In this document: positions 33,350-42,591 of the stretch, piece by piece
How positions within the stretch are numbered: position 1 is the stretch's first letter
Layout: every line of letters begins with the position of its first letter
Origin: Burkholderiales bacterium
Lineage (GTDB): Bacteria; Pseudomonadota; Gammaproteobacteria; Burkholderiales; Burkholderiaceae_C
Length of the DNA stretch: 55,372 bases
Direction of reading: 5' to 3'
Assembly: GCA_031419535.1 (NCBI GenBank)
Contig: JANOLA010000171.1
Location: 1-55,372 of the forward strand
Made by a program: the position numbers and the translations under genes
Notes under the pieces: generated by a model
Seen by the model: only the letters and a program-made list of their open reading frames with translations
Told to the model about the DNA's origin: nothing
Database searches by the model: none

Positions 33350-34354
33350 ATGAGCGCTGCTGCCCCGCCCTCACCCCCCGGCCCCACCCCTCCCGAACAG
33401 CGCAAGCGCACGCGCCGAGCGCTCTGGGTCGGGCTCGCGCTGGTGACGGTCTGGGGCGCGAACTTCAGTGTGCAAAAGGCAGTGTTCAGCGCGATCACGC
33501 CCGGCGGCTTTCTGTTCGCGCGCTACCTCATCATGCCGCTCGCGGCCACGCTGCTGCTTTGCGTGCGCTACCGCTTGCAGTGGCCGCGCGTCACGCGCGC
33601 TGACTTCGTCGCATTGCTCAAACTTGGCCTGGCCGGGCACCTCATTCACGTCAGCCTGGTGACCTACGGCATCCACTGGTCGACGGCGTTCTCGAGCGCG
33701 CTGCTGCTCGCCTGCGGCCCGGTGTTCACGCTGCTGATCCTGCGCTGGCACGGCATCGAGCATCTCGGGCGCGGCCAGATCGCAGGCGTCGCCTTGGCGG
33801 CCTGCGGAATGCTGCTGTTCTTGTCGGACAAGCTGACCGCCGGTGGCGGCTGGCAGGCGAGTGTGGGAGATCTGACCGTGATCGCCGCCGCCTGGTTCTT
33901 CTCGTACTACACGGTCTCGGCCAAGCCGCTGATCGAACGCTTGGGCGGCGTGACGGTGATGGCCTACGCGGTGCTGCTCGGCAGCGCGCCGGTCGTGCTG
34001 GTCAACCTGCCGGCGGGTTTGGCGGTGGATTGGGCGCAGGTCAGCGCGGCAGTGTGGGCCGGCACGCTGTGGACCATTCTGGTCGCGGCGTTTCTCGGCT
34101 GGATGGTCTGGGGCTGGGTCAATGCCGTGCGCGGCGTGGCGCGCAGCGCACCGCTGATGTACCTGACGCCTCCGGTGGCGGGCATCGTCGCCTGGGCCCT
34201 CACCGGCGAGCGCTTCAGCGCCGTGAAGATCGGCGGGGCGGCGATCACGCTGGCCGGCGTTGCATTGGCGCAGCTCACGTCGCGCGCGCCGCGTGAACCG
34301 GCTCTGGACACGGTGCTCGAGGCCGTGCGCGAGGCGCCTGCACCAGTGGACTGA
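33350..34354 (+). CDS. DMT-superfamily (EamA) transporter
   Basis: Internal ATG at 33350. Ten predicted helices and two EamA-like halves. Confidence 0.85.
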   Translation: MSAAAPPSPPGPTPPEQRKRTRRALWVGLALVTVWGANFSVQKAVFSAITPGGFLFARYLIMPLAATLLLCVRYRLQWPRVTRADFVALLKLGLAGHLIHVSLVTYGIHWSTAFSSALLLACGPVFTLLILRWHGIEHLGRGQIAGVALAACGMLLFLSDKLTAGGGWQASVGDLTVIAAAWFFSYYTVSAKPLIERLGGVTVMAYAVLLGSAPVVLVNLPAGLAVDWAQVSAAVWAGTLWTILVAAFLGWMVWGWVNAVRGVARSAPLMYLTPPVAGIVAWALTGERFSAVKIGGAAITLAGVALAQLTSRAPREPALDTVLEAVREAPAPVD

Positions 34355-34423
34355 TTCCGCGGTGAGGCCATGCCTCGCAAAACGGTGTACGCTGGGCCAC
34401 CCATGGCTTCGCAGCGACCGACC

Positions 34424-36046
34424 ATGCTTCTGACCCGCAATTTCCTTGCCCCGGCGCTGATCCTCGCGCTGCTGGGCGCATGCTCCAAACCTCCCGAGAC
34501 CGGCGCCGCCACCGCATCCAGCGCCAGCGCGGCCAAGGCGACCGGGATCGCCTGGCAGTACGTGACGAGCGAGGCGCAGGTTGACGCTGCCTTTGCCCAG
34601 GCGCGCACAGAGGGCAAGCCGCTGTTCCTGTACTGGGGCGCGAAATGGTGCCCGCCGTGCAACCAGCTCAGCGCCACCTTGTTCAACCGGCAAGACTTCA
34701 TCGAACGGTCCCGCGCCTTCGCGCCGGTCTACATCGACGGCGACAGCCCCGGCGCGCAAAAGCTGGGGAGCCGCTTCAAGGTGCGCGGCTACCCGACGAT
34801 GGTGATGTTCAATTCGCAGGGCAGCGAGCTGACGCGCCTGCCCGGCGAAGTGGACGCGGCGCAATACACGCAGGTGCTGACGCTGTCGATGAACGCGCAG
34901 CGTCCGGTCAAGGCGGTGCTCGCCGATGCGCGCGCCGGTGGCAAGGGCTTGAGCGGCAACGACTGGCGCTTGCTCGCCTTCTATTCCTGGGAGACCGACG
35001 AGCAGCAGGCCATCGCCAAAGCCGAGTTGCCCGCCGTGCTGGCGCAGCTTGCGGCAGCCTGCCCCACGGATCAAGTGGAAGCCTCGACGCGGCTGCTGCT
35101 CAAAGCGGTTGCGGCAACACCCAAGGACGCGAAAGACAGCAAGGCCGCCAAAGCCGACTCCGCCGTCCCCGCCGCGCTCGACCGCGTCTTGCAGCTGCTA
35201 GGCAACGCGCCCGAAGCGCGCGCGCAGATGGACGTGCTGGGCAACAACGCCGCCGAGCTGGTGCGCGCGCTGAGCGCGCTGGCGACGCCCGAGCGCGCCA
35301 AGCTGCTCGCCGCCTTCGATGGCGCACTGCGCACGCTGCAGGCCGACACCACGCTGTCGCGCGCGGATCGGCTGACGGCGCTCTACGCCCGGGTGGAACT
35401 GGTGCGCATTGATGCGCCCAAGGACAGCGCGGTGGCGCTGCCCGCGGCCTTCTTGACCGAGCTGAACGAGCATGTCGCGCGGGCCGACCGCGAGATCGTC
35501 GACGGCTATGAGCGCCAAGCGGTGATTCCGTTCGCCGGCTATGTGTTGCAGCAGGCCGGCCTGCTCGACGAGTCCGACGCGCTGTTGCAGGCGAACCTGG
35601 CGAAGAGCCATTCCCCGTACTACTTGATGTCCGAACTGGCGAGCAACGCGAAGAAGCGCGGCGACAAGAGCGGCGCGCTGAGCTGGTCCGAGCGGGCGTT
35701 CGACGCCAGCGTCGGCCCCGCGACGCGACTGCAATGGGGCGCGAGCTACATCGGCGCGCTGGTCGAATTGGCGCCGCAAGACGAGCAGCGCATCGAAAAG
35801 GCGGCACTGAAGGTACTCGACGAAGCCGCCGCCCAGCCCGACGTGTTTTACGAGCGCAGCGCTCGCTCGCTGCAACGGGTGGGCACGCGGCTGGTGGCCT
35901 GGAACAAAGACGGCGCACACGCCGCGGTGGTCAAGCGCCTGCAGAGCCGAGTCGACACCTTGTGCGCCGCCTTGCCCACGGGGGATGCGCAGCGCGCCAC
36001 CTGCGAAGGCCTGCTCAAGCCGGCGCCGACCAAAGGCGACGCATGA
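34424..36046 (+). CDS. thioredoxin-fold lipoprotein with a long alpha-helical C-terminal domain
   Basis: Signal peptide MLLTRNFLAPALILALLGAC with a lipobox. The thioredoxin motif is YWGAKWCPPCN and a GYPT cis-Pro loop is present. Start could instead be 34370 or 34403. Confidence 0.8.
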   Translation: MLLTRNFLAPALILALLGACSKPPETGAATASSASAAKATGIAWQYVTSEAQVDAAFAQARTEGKPLFLYWGAKWCPPCNQLSATLFNRQDFIERSRAFAPVYIDGDSPGAQKLGSRFKVRGYPTMVMFNSQGSELTRLPGEVDAAQYTQVLTLSMNAQRPVKAVLADARAGGKGLSGNDWRLLAFYSWETDEQQAIAKAELPAVLAQLAAACPTDQVEASTRLLLKAVAATPKDAKDSKAAKADSAVPAALDRVLQLLGNAPEARAQMDVLGNNAAELVRALSALATPERAKLLAAFDGALRTLQADTTLSRADRLTALYARVELVRIDAPKDSAVALPAAFLTELNEHVARADREIVDGYERQAVIPFAGYVLQQAGLLDESDALLQANLAKSHSPYYLMSELASNAKKRGDKSGALSWSERAFDASVGPATRLQWGASYIGALVELAPQDEQRIEKAALKVLDEAAAQPDVFYERSARSLQRVGTRLVAWNKDGAHAAVVKRLQSRVDTLCAALPTGDAQRATCEGLLKPAPTKGDA

Positions 36047-36795
36047 GTGCACCGACAGCCGGCCAGCCTGGCGCTGGAAAAGCCGCCTTGGTCGTCGGCG
36101 CGGGAGACGCGACCGGCGCTGCCGTGGCACGGCGCTTCGCCCGCGAAGGCTATGCCGTGTGCGTGACGCGCCGCACGGCGGACAAAGTGGCGGCGCTGGC
36201 CGAATCGATTCGCGCCACGGGTGGCACCGCCCATGGGTTCGCCTCCGACGCACGGATCGAGGCAGAAGTCAGCGCGCTGTTCGAGCGCATCGAACGCGAC
36301 ATCGCGCCGCTCGACGTGGTGGTGTTCAACATCGGCGGCAATGTGCGCTTTGGCATCACCGAGACGACGGAACGGATTTACCGCAAGGTCTGGGAGATGG
36401 GCGCGCTGGCCGGCTTTTTGGTCGGCCGCGAAGCGGCCCGCGTGATGCTGCCGCGCGGCCGCGGCACGATTCTCTTCACCGGCGCCACTGCGAGCCTGCG
36501 CGGCGCGGCCGGTTTTTGCGCCTTCTCCGGCGCCAAGCACGCGCTGCGCTCGCTCGCGCAAAGCATGGCGCGCGAACTCGGGCCGCAAGGCCTCCACGTC
36601 GCGCATGTGATCGTCGACGGCGCGATCGACACGCAGTTCATCGCCGAGAACTTTCCGCAGCGCTACGCGCTGAAAGAGCAGGACGGAATCCTGAACCCCG
36701 AGGCGATCGCCGAGAACTACTGGCAACTGCACCTGCAGCACCGCAGTGCCTGGACGCACGAACTCGACTTGCGGCCCTGGCTGGAACAATTCTGA
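36043..36795 (+). CDS. SDR-family oxidoreductase
   Basis: ATGA overlap with the upstream stop. Glycine-rich VVGAGDATG, NIGG, and S...Y(F)SGAK-type catalytic region. Confidence 0.9.
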   Translation: MSAPTAGQPGAGKAALVVGAGDATGAAVARRFAREGYAVCVTRRTADKVAALAESIRATGGTAHGFASDARIEAEVSALFERIERDIAPLDVVVFNIGGNVRFGITETTERIYRKVWEMGALAGFLVGREAARVMLPRGRGTILFTGATASLRGAAGFCAFSGAKHALRSLAQSMARELGPQGLHVAHVIVDGAIDTQFIAENFPQRYALKEQDGILNPEAIAENYWQLHLQHRSAWTHELDLRPWLEQF

Positions 36796-36808
36796 AGTGG
36801 AAGATGCC

Positions 36809-37414
36809 ATGACCCGCAGCGTCGAGTTCTTTTTCGATTTCGGCAGCCCGGCGAGTTACCTCGCCTACACGCAGCTGCCGCGCATTGCCGCGCAATGCGC
36901 GGCGTCAATCGTCTGGCGGCCGATGCTGCTGGGCGGTGTGTTCAAGGCCGTCGGCAACGCGAGTCCCGCCGCCGTGCCGGCGAAAGGACGTTGGATGTTC
37001 GGCGACCTGAACCGCTGGGCGCAACGCTACGGCGTGGCATTCACGCACAACCCGCATTTCCCGGTGAACACGCTGACGCTGATGCGCATCGCCACCGGGG
37101 TTCAGATGCGGCAGCCGCAAGACTTCGAGCGCTGCTGTGATGCGCTCTTCGGTGCGATGTGGCGCGAACCGCGCAACCTGGGCGAAGCGACCGAACTGGC
37201 GCAAGTGCTGGCCCAGGCCGGGTTCGACGCGGACGCCACACTCGCCCTTGCGTCGTTGGCCGATGTGAAAGCGCGGCTGATTGCGACCACCGAAGAAGCG
37301 GTGGCGCGCGGCGTGTTTGGAGCGCCAAGTTTCTTTGTCGGCGAGCAGTTGTTCTTCGGCCAGGACCGGCTCGACTTCGTTCGCGAAGCGCTCGCCGAGC
37401 CGGTGCCTCGCTAA
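36809..37414 (+). CDS. 2-hydroxychromene-2-carboxylate isomerase / DsbA-like thioredoxin-fold protein
   Basis: Internal ATG at 36809. Motifs are FFFDFGSP.SYLA and GVFGAPSFFVG..LFFGQDRL. Confidence 0.9.
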   Translation: MTRSVEFFFDFGSPASYLAYTQLPRIAAQCAASIVWRPMLLGGVFKAVGNASPAAVPAKGRWMFGDLNRWAQRYGVAFTHNPHFPVNTLTLMRIATGVQMRQPQDFERCCDALFGAMWREPRNLGEATELAQVLAQAGFDADATLALASLADVKARLIATTEEAVARGVFGAPSFFVGEQLFFGQDRLDFVREALAEPVPR

Positions 37415-37459
37415 ACTCGCAGGCCGCAAACCTTTACGACCCAGAGCGAAAGACCCACC

Positions 37460-37762
37460 ATGATTCTCGAAATCGCCGACATTCGCATCGCCCCGGGCAA
37501 GGGCAAGGAGTTCGACGCGGCGATCAAGCTCGCAGTCGAAACCGTCGCGTCCAAGGCCAAGGGTTTTCGCGGCTACAAAGTCAATCGCGGCATCGAGTCG
37601 CCCGAGCGCTACATCCTGATGATTTATTGGGACACGCTGGAGAACCACACGGTGGACTTTCGCAGCGGCCCGCTTTTCCCACAGTGGCGCGCCATCGTCG
37701 GCCCGTTCTTTGCCACGCCGCCGTCGGTGGAGCACTTCGAGCTGGTGGCGAAGTCGGCCTGA
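37460..37762 (+). CDS. antibiotic-biosynthesis-monooxygenase (ABM) domain protein
   Basis: 100 aa with a ferredoxin-like ABM pattern (..Y.L.I.W....H...FR.S..F..W). Confidence 0.85.
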   Translation: MILEIADIRIAPGKGKEFDAAIKLAVETVASKAKGFRGYKVNRGIESPERYILMIYWDTLENHTVDFRSGPLFPQWRAIVGPFFATPPSVEHFELVAKSA

Positions 37763-37765
37763 AGC

Positions 37766-38167
37766 TCAGGGGCCGAGCACGAGTTGCGTCTGCGTCACCA
37801 CGGCGCACAGGCGCCCTTCCTCTGACGTGATTCGCGTCTGCCAGACCGAGGTCGTCTTGCCGCGGTGCAGCGGTGTCGACTCGCCGGTGACGGTGCTGCC
37901 GGCCTTGGCGCCGGCGATGAACTGGGTGCTCGAATTCAGCGTCGTCGTGCGCTTTCCCGGGGCCAGGTTCATGAAAGTGCCGACGGCGCCGAGCGTATCG
38001 GCGAATGCCATGAACGCGCCGCCGTGCAGTGAGTCGCCCGTGGTGTACAGGTCGGGGCGGACCTTCATCGTGGCGACGACTCTGTCCGGCTCGGCCACGC
38101 TGAGCTGCACGCCCATCAGGCCGGGCAGCAGCGGCTCCATCAGTTGCTGTAGTGCGCTGAGGTTCAT
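37766..38167 (-). CDS. PaaI-family (hotdog) thioesterase
   Basis: 133 aa with the motif run N..G.LHGGA...ADT..G and a PaaI-like length. Confidence 0.9.
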   Translation of the reverse strand: MNLSALQQLMEPLLPGLMGVQLSVAEPDRVVATMKVRPDLYTTGDSLHGGAFMAFADTLGAVGTFMNLAPGKRTTTLNSSTQFIAGAKAGSTVTGESTPLHRGKTTSVWQTRITSEEGRLCAVVTQTQLVLGP

Positions 38168-38271
38168 CGGTGGCTCCGGCAGGGTTGGAGAATTCCACCG
38201 CGATCGTAGGCCCGATTTCGCCGCGTCTGGCCGCGTCCGGTCCCGTCTGGCGCAGCCCGTCTCGATTGGAC

Positions 38272-39045
38272 CTACCGGCCTCCGGTCACGTCGAGAATCG
38301 AGGCCGTCGTGTAGCTCGCCGCGTCGCTGAGCAGCCAGACGATGGCCTGCGCCACCTCTTCGGCGCTGCCGGGGCGCTGCATCGGCACTTGCGGTGCCGC
38401 TTGCCAGGCTCGATCGGGCAGGCCACCCGAGGCGTGGATCTCGGTGTCGATGATGCCCGGACGCACCGCGTTGACGCGAATGCCCTCGGCGGCGACCTCT
38501 CTGGCCAGGCCGACGGTGAAGGTGTCGATCGCGGCCTTCGCCGCCGCGTAGTCGACATACTGCCCCGCCGCACCCAGACGTGCGGCGGCGGAGGACAGAT
38601 TGACGATGCTTCCGCCCGGCCCTCCCTGGGCGGTGGACAGGCGCTGCACCGCCTCGCGCGCACAGTAGAAACTGCCGAACACGTTGATCGCGAACATGCG
38701 CTGCAAGCGCTGCGGGCGCATCGAGTCGACGCGGCTCGGCACGTCGATCACGCCGGCGTTGTTGACGAGCGCACCAAAGCGCGGCAACTCGGCGTCAATG
38801 CGCGCAAACATCGCCTGCACCTGGGCCGCATCGGCCACGTCGGCTTGCAGCGCCAGCGCGCTGCCGCCGCCCGCGCGGATCGAGTCGACCACCCGCTGCG
38901 CGGCCGCGCTGTCGCTGGCGTAGTTCACCGCGACAACCCAACCGTCGCGGGCGCACAGCCGCGCCGTCGCGGCGCCGATGCCGCGGCTCGCGCCGGTGAC
39001 GAGCACCGTGCGCGCCGGGGCGTCGCCTTCAGTCTTCCTCGCCAT
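38272..39045 (-). CDS. SDR-family oxidoreductase
   Basis: Internal ATG at 39045. Motifs are TGASRGIG, NNAG and Y..AKAA. The start overlaps the FHA gene end by 17 nt. Confidence 0.9.
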   Translation of the reverse strand: MARKTEGDAPARTVLVTGASRGIGAATARLCARDGWVVAVNYASDSAAAQRVVDSIRAGGGSALALQADVADAAQVQAMFARIDAELPRFGALVNNAGVIDVPSRVDSMRPQRLQRMFAINVFGSFYCAREAVQRLSTAQGGPGGSIVNLSSAAARLGAAGQYVDYAAAKAAIDTFTVGLAREVAAEGIRVNAVRPGIIDTEIHASGGLPDRAWQAAPQVPMQRPGSAEEVAQAIVWLLSDAASYTTASILDVTGGR

Positions 39046-40033
39046 CCCTGCCCTCGGCCACGTCGCCGCGCGTCGGCAGCTTCGCCTTGTCGTCGAGCGC
39101 GCCTTGCAGCGCCGCAGCACCCTCCAGGTACCGATCGACGCTGGCCGGGCGCGCCAGGCGCAGCGCAGGGGCATACAGATGGCTCATGTACAGCTCTTCG
39201 CCGAAGCGTTCGTTGCGCTGCATGTTGAACCAAAGCGTCAACGCCACCGCGACGGCACAGCCGGCGAAAGCGGACGCGCGCAGCAGCTTCGGCCGGGACA
39301 GTTCGACCGCGAGCAAGTGGTAGTAGAGCGTCGCCGCCGCCGCCGCGTACAGCGCGATGAAGTCGAAGTTGCTGACCCAAGACCACGACAGCGCGAACGC
39401 CAGCAGCCCCGGCAAATGATCGACCGCGAGCAGCGCGCTGCCGGCAAACAGGAACACACGCAGATGCCAGCCGAAGCGGGCTTGGCGCGTGAAGGTCTTG
39501 CTGAGCAGGGCCCACAGGCCGCACCACACCGCCGTCACCGACACGGCCGCGAGCAGCAGCCCGGCGCTGGCGCGCCCGAGCGCGTCCGGGTCGGTGTCGA
39601 GGTAGGTGATGAACAGCAACATCGCGAGCAGCACGCCGGCCGCCACCAAACTCGGCACCCAGCGCCGGCTGCGGGTGGCCAAACCGGCCAGCGGCAATTC
39701 GGCTGCAATGGCCTCGGCGGCGCTGCGCAGGCGCAGCCGCGTGCGGCCCGCGATCAGCTCAAGCGGCGCGCTGTCCGCCGGCCAGCGGTGCTGCTCGCCG
39801 CTGTGCAGGCGCTTGCGGCCGACCTGCACGCCGTTGCTGGTGGCATCGACGCTGAGCTGCAGACCTTCCTCGCCGGCCTCGACCTGAAAGTGGTGCGGCG
39901 CGACGAAGGGGTCGGACAGCACCATGTGGTTGTCCAGTGCGCGCCCCACGCGCAGCGGCCAGCGCCGCACGACCACGCTGTGGCGCGCCTGGCCGTCGCG
40001 GTCGACCACTTCGAGAATCGCTAAGGCACCCAT
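39029..40033 (-). CDS. FHA-domain membrane protein (N-terminal FHA plus about five TM helices)
   Basis: FHA signatures are VGRALDNHMVLSDPFV..HH and S.NGV.V, followed by five hydrophobic helices. The start overlaps the protease stop by 13 nt. Confidence 0.85.
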   Translation of the reverse strand: MGALAILEVVDRDGQARHSVVVRRWPLRVGRALDNHMVLSDPFVAPHHFQVEAGEEGLQLSVDATSNGVQVGRKRLHSGEQHRWPADSAPLELIAGRTRLRLRSAAEAIAAELPLAGLATRSRRWVPSLVAAGVLLAMLLFITYLDTDPDALGRASAGLLLAAVSVTAVWCGLWALLSKTFTRQARFGWHLRVFLFAGSALLAVDHLPGLLAFALSWSWVSNFDFIALYAAAAATLYYHLLAVELSRPKLLRASAFAGCAVAVALTLWFNMQRNERFGEELYMSHLYAPALRLARPASVDRYLEGAAALQGALDDKAKLPTRGDVAEGRDGEED

Positions 40034-41352
40034 GCGTAGGACTCGAGGTAGTGGCGCGCCAGCTTCATGGCGTTGGGGAAACTCACGCCTAACGCGTCGA
40101 AACGGCCTTGCACGCCGGCGTCGGCTTGATCGAGCGTGGCGACGAGAACGGAGACGTCATACAGCGTTGCCAACTTGCGGTAGGCGCGCAGACAGGTGAC
40201 GGCGCGCAGGGTCAGGCCGGCGCGGTCGACATAGTCTTCATGGCAGATCGGTTTGGTCTGGTGCTGTGCGCCCAGGCGACCGAACGATTCATTGCGAAAA
40301 CTCGCCGAGTGGCGCGCCGCGAAGCGCAGCGCGCCGAGCTTGCTTGCGTCGTAGCTCTCATGGCGGACTGACAGCGAGCCGGTGTTGAATTCGCCGACGA
40401 AGATGCGCGTGTCCATCACGCAGTCGGAGCGTTCCAGGTCCATGCCGCCGGTGCGTGACGGTTCGCTGCTGCCCCAGCAGCGCATGAAGCCATCGGCAGG
40501 AACCGGCACGCGGTAGCGCACATGGGTCGCGGGTTTGAATCCCTGCTGGATGAAGCGCTCGGTCAGCACCTCCTGGTGGGCCAGCAACTGGTCGCGCACC
40601 GCGGCGTGCGCAGGAATTTCGAGCTGGCGCGCGCCGCGGCCGCGCTGCATCAGGGCCGTGGCAAAGGTGGCCGGCACCAGGAAGCTGACCTGTTCACCGT
40701 CGACCCGGCGTGCCACGTTCACGCCGACGACGCGCCCTTCCTGGTCGAGCGCCGGCCCGCCGCTCATGCCGCCGCTCAGCGCGCCGCCGAAAAAGATCTG
40801 CGGGTAGAAGCTGCGCTTCACCATGCCGTTGTAGTTGCCCTCGGTCACGGCGAAGCCCACATCGAGCGGGTTGCCCAGCGAGTAGATGCGTTCGCCCTGG
40901 GCCAGCGCGCGAGTTTCGTCGCGAAAGGCGAGCGCATCGAACGAACGGGAGGGCGCGTCGCCGGCCTTGAGCAGCGCTAAGTCGTGCAACACATCGATTT
41001 GCAGGATGCGCACCGGCGCCTCGCGCCCGTCCGCGGTGACGTAGACCAGGTCGTGCCGGTCGGGCTTGAGCGCGGCCTCGCTGATCACATGAAAGTTGGA
41101 GATGATCAAGCCGTCATTGGTGACAAAGAAGCCCGAACCGACCGAGGTCTGGCTTGCGCGGCCCTTCAGCACGGTGCGAATCTGCACGAGTTGCGAGCGC
41201 GCCTGCTCGTAGACCTTGCGCGCCGACAGCGACACGCCGGGCGCCGCGGCGGGGGACGACCCGGCAGCGTCGGCAGTGGCCGGCGCCTGCGCCGAAGCCA
41301 CGGTCACACACAGGGAGGTGAGCAGCGGCGCGGCCCAGCGGGGAAGGTTCAT
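40021..41352 (-). CDS. secreted trypsin-like (S1) serine protease with a Cys-containing C-terminal domain of roughly 200 aa
   Basis: Internal ATG at 41352 gives a signal peptide (MNLPRWAAPLLTSLCVTVASAQA). Triad contexts are SNFHV, HDLALLK and GMSGGPAL. The C-terminal extension contains four Cys. Confidence 0.85.
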   Translation of the reverse strand: MNLPRWAAPLLTSLCVTVASAQAPATADAAGSSPAAAPGVSLSARKVYEQARSQLVQIRTVLKGRASQTSVGSGFFVTNDGLIISNFHVISEAALKPDRHDLVYVTADGREAPVRILQIDVLHDLALLKAGDAPSRSFDALAFRDETRALAQGERIYSLGNPLDVGFAVTEGNYNGMVKRSFYPQIFFGGALSGGMSGGPALDQEGRVVGVNVARRVDGEQVSFLVPATFATALMQRGRGARQLEIPAHAAVRDQLLAHQEVLTERFIQQGFKPATHVRYRVPVPADGFMRCWGSSEPSRTGGMDLERSDCVMDTRIFVGEFNTGSLSVRHESYDASKLGALRFAARHSASFRNESFGRLGAQHQTKPICHEDYVDRAGLTLRAVTCLRAYRKLATLYDVSVLVATLDQADAGVQGRFDALGVSFPNAMKLARHYLESYAWVP

Positions 41353-41547
41353 CGCGCCGGATTTTACGGTTGCACGATCGACCCTCCACGGCAAAGGCGT
41401 CGTGCAGCAAGTCACGTTCGCTGCGCGCGCACGGCGCCAATGAAATGCCTCGTCACGTCAGTAGCGACTGCGAAGCGCACGAGCGATGTGCCCCGGACGA
41501 AGATTGAACTGTGCGGCTTGCCAGCTGCTCGGCTCTCGGAAACTCCC

Positions 41548-42516
41548 ATGTCGATACGCGTCACGCCCAGCTCCACGATGACCCTCAGCGCTGTCAGCGC
41601 TGCCTTGATGATCGCTTGCGCAGGCACCGCGGACCACGATGCGCTGCCCTTGAGCAGCCAAACCGCGACGCAATACTCGGCCAACGCCAGCATGATCGGC
41701 GCCGACGCGAGCAGCGCGCTCGACGCCACGCTGTCGACCGCCATGCGACTCGTGACGGCGACGTCCAGCGCATCGAAGGCGGGGCGCAAGCAGGCCCGGG
41801 CGACCGGAAAGCAAGGCTTGAACTGCGCCGGTGGCGGCCAGGCGACGATGACGATCAGCGGCGCCGACGCGGCGCAAGAACTCAACGGCCAACTCGACGC
41901 CGGTGAGGTGTACCAGATCGCCTTCGTCGATTGCCGGGCCGGTGCCGGGCAGACATTGCTGGACGGGAACGTCACGATGACGGTGGTCGGCAACGGCGGC
42001 GCTGTGGTGTCTGTGACCGTGTCGACGACCACCTTGATTGCCACATTGCCGCGCGGTAAGCTTTGGTTCATCGGCAGCGCCGCAGTGCAGCGCAGCAGCG
42101 TGGTCAACGGTAGCGGCAGCAGCGTGACCACACGCGTGACGGCGGCCAGCCTGAACATCAGCACAGACTTCAACGGCCGAACCGGCAACTTCACGCTGAG
42201 CGACGTCGACCTGACGCGCCAGGCGAGCCTTGCCGCGGGCGTGCTGGTTTCCGCCAGCATCAGCGGCACGCATTCGCTGTCAGGAACGATCGGCGGACAA
42301 ACTTTCGACTACGCCGTCGCGACCCAAGGTGGCGCCGCGTTCAATTCGATGGGCGCACCGACCCAGGGCACCTGGGTGCTCACGCTGGCGCAGCAGATCG
42401 TCACGATCGGCGTCGAGAACGCGACCGCGACGATCGACATCGACGAAGGCAAGGACGGCAGCGTCGAGCGCAGCTTCGCCGTGCCGATCGCGCTGCTGAC
42501 GGCCGACGCTGGGTAA
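41548..42516 (+). CDS. hypothetical secreted/lipoprotein, Thr/Ser/Gly/Ala/Val-rich beta-type
   Basis: Internal ATG at 41548 (or 41578) of track ORF 40984..42516. The signal-like segment is TMTLSAVSAALMIAC. The part of the track ORF upstream of 41548 is antisense to the protease gene. Confidence 0.65.
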   Translation: MSIRVTPSSTMTLSAVSAALMIACAGTADHDALPLSSQTATQYSANASMIGADASSALDATLSTAMRLVTATSSASKAGRKQARATGKQGLNCAGGGQATMTISGADAAQELNGQLDAGEVYQIAFVDCRAGAGQTLLDGNVTMTVVGNGGAVVSVTVSTTTLIATLPRGKLWFIGSAAVQRSSVVNGSGSSVTTRVTAASLNISTDFNGRTGNFTLSDVDLTRQASLAAGVLVSASISGTHSLSGTIGGQTFDYAVATQGGAAFNSMGAPTQGTWVLTLAQQIVTIGVENATATIDIDEGKDGSVERSFAVPIALLTADAG

Positions 42517-42519
42517 GCG

Positions 42520-42538
42520 CGCGCCGCACTGCGGCGCG
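42520..42538 (+). terminator. GC hairpin after the secreted-protein gene (weak terminator candidate)
   Basis: CGCGCCGC-ACT-GCGGCGCG, an 8-bp stem starting 4 nt after the stop. It is followed by ATT only, with no real U-tract. Confidence 0.3.
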
Positions 42539-42591
42539 ATTCAGCGCCCGGCTTGCTACAGTCGGCCCCTGTGATTCGCAGGGGATCGACC

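Noticed and set aside
42566-42584. Hairpin CCCCTG-TGATTCG-CAGGGG whose 3' arm contains the likely Shine-Dalgarno sequence of the second binding-protein gene (possible translational control).
   Set aside because: It is only a 6-bp stem in a GC-rich spacer. That is too weak and too common to claim without conservation data.
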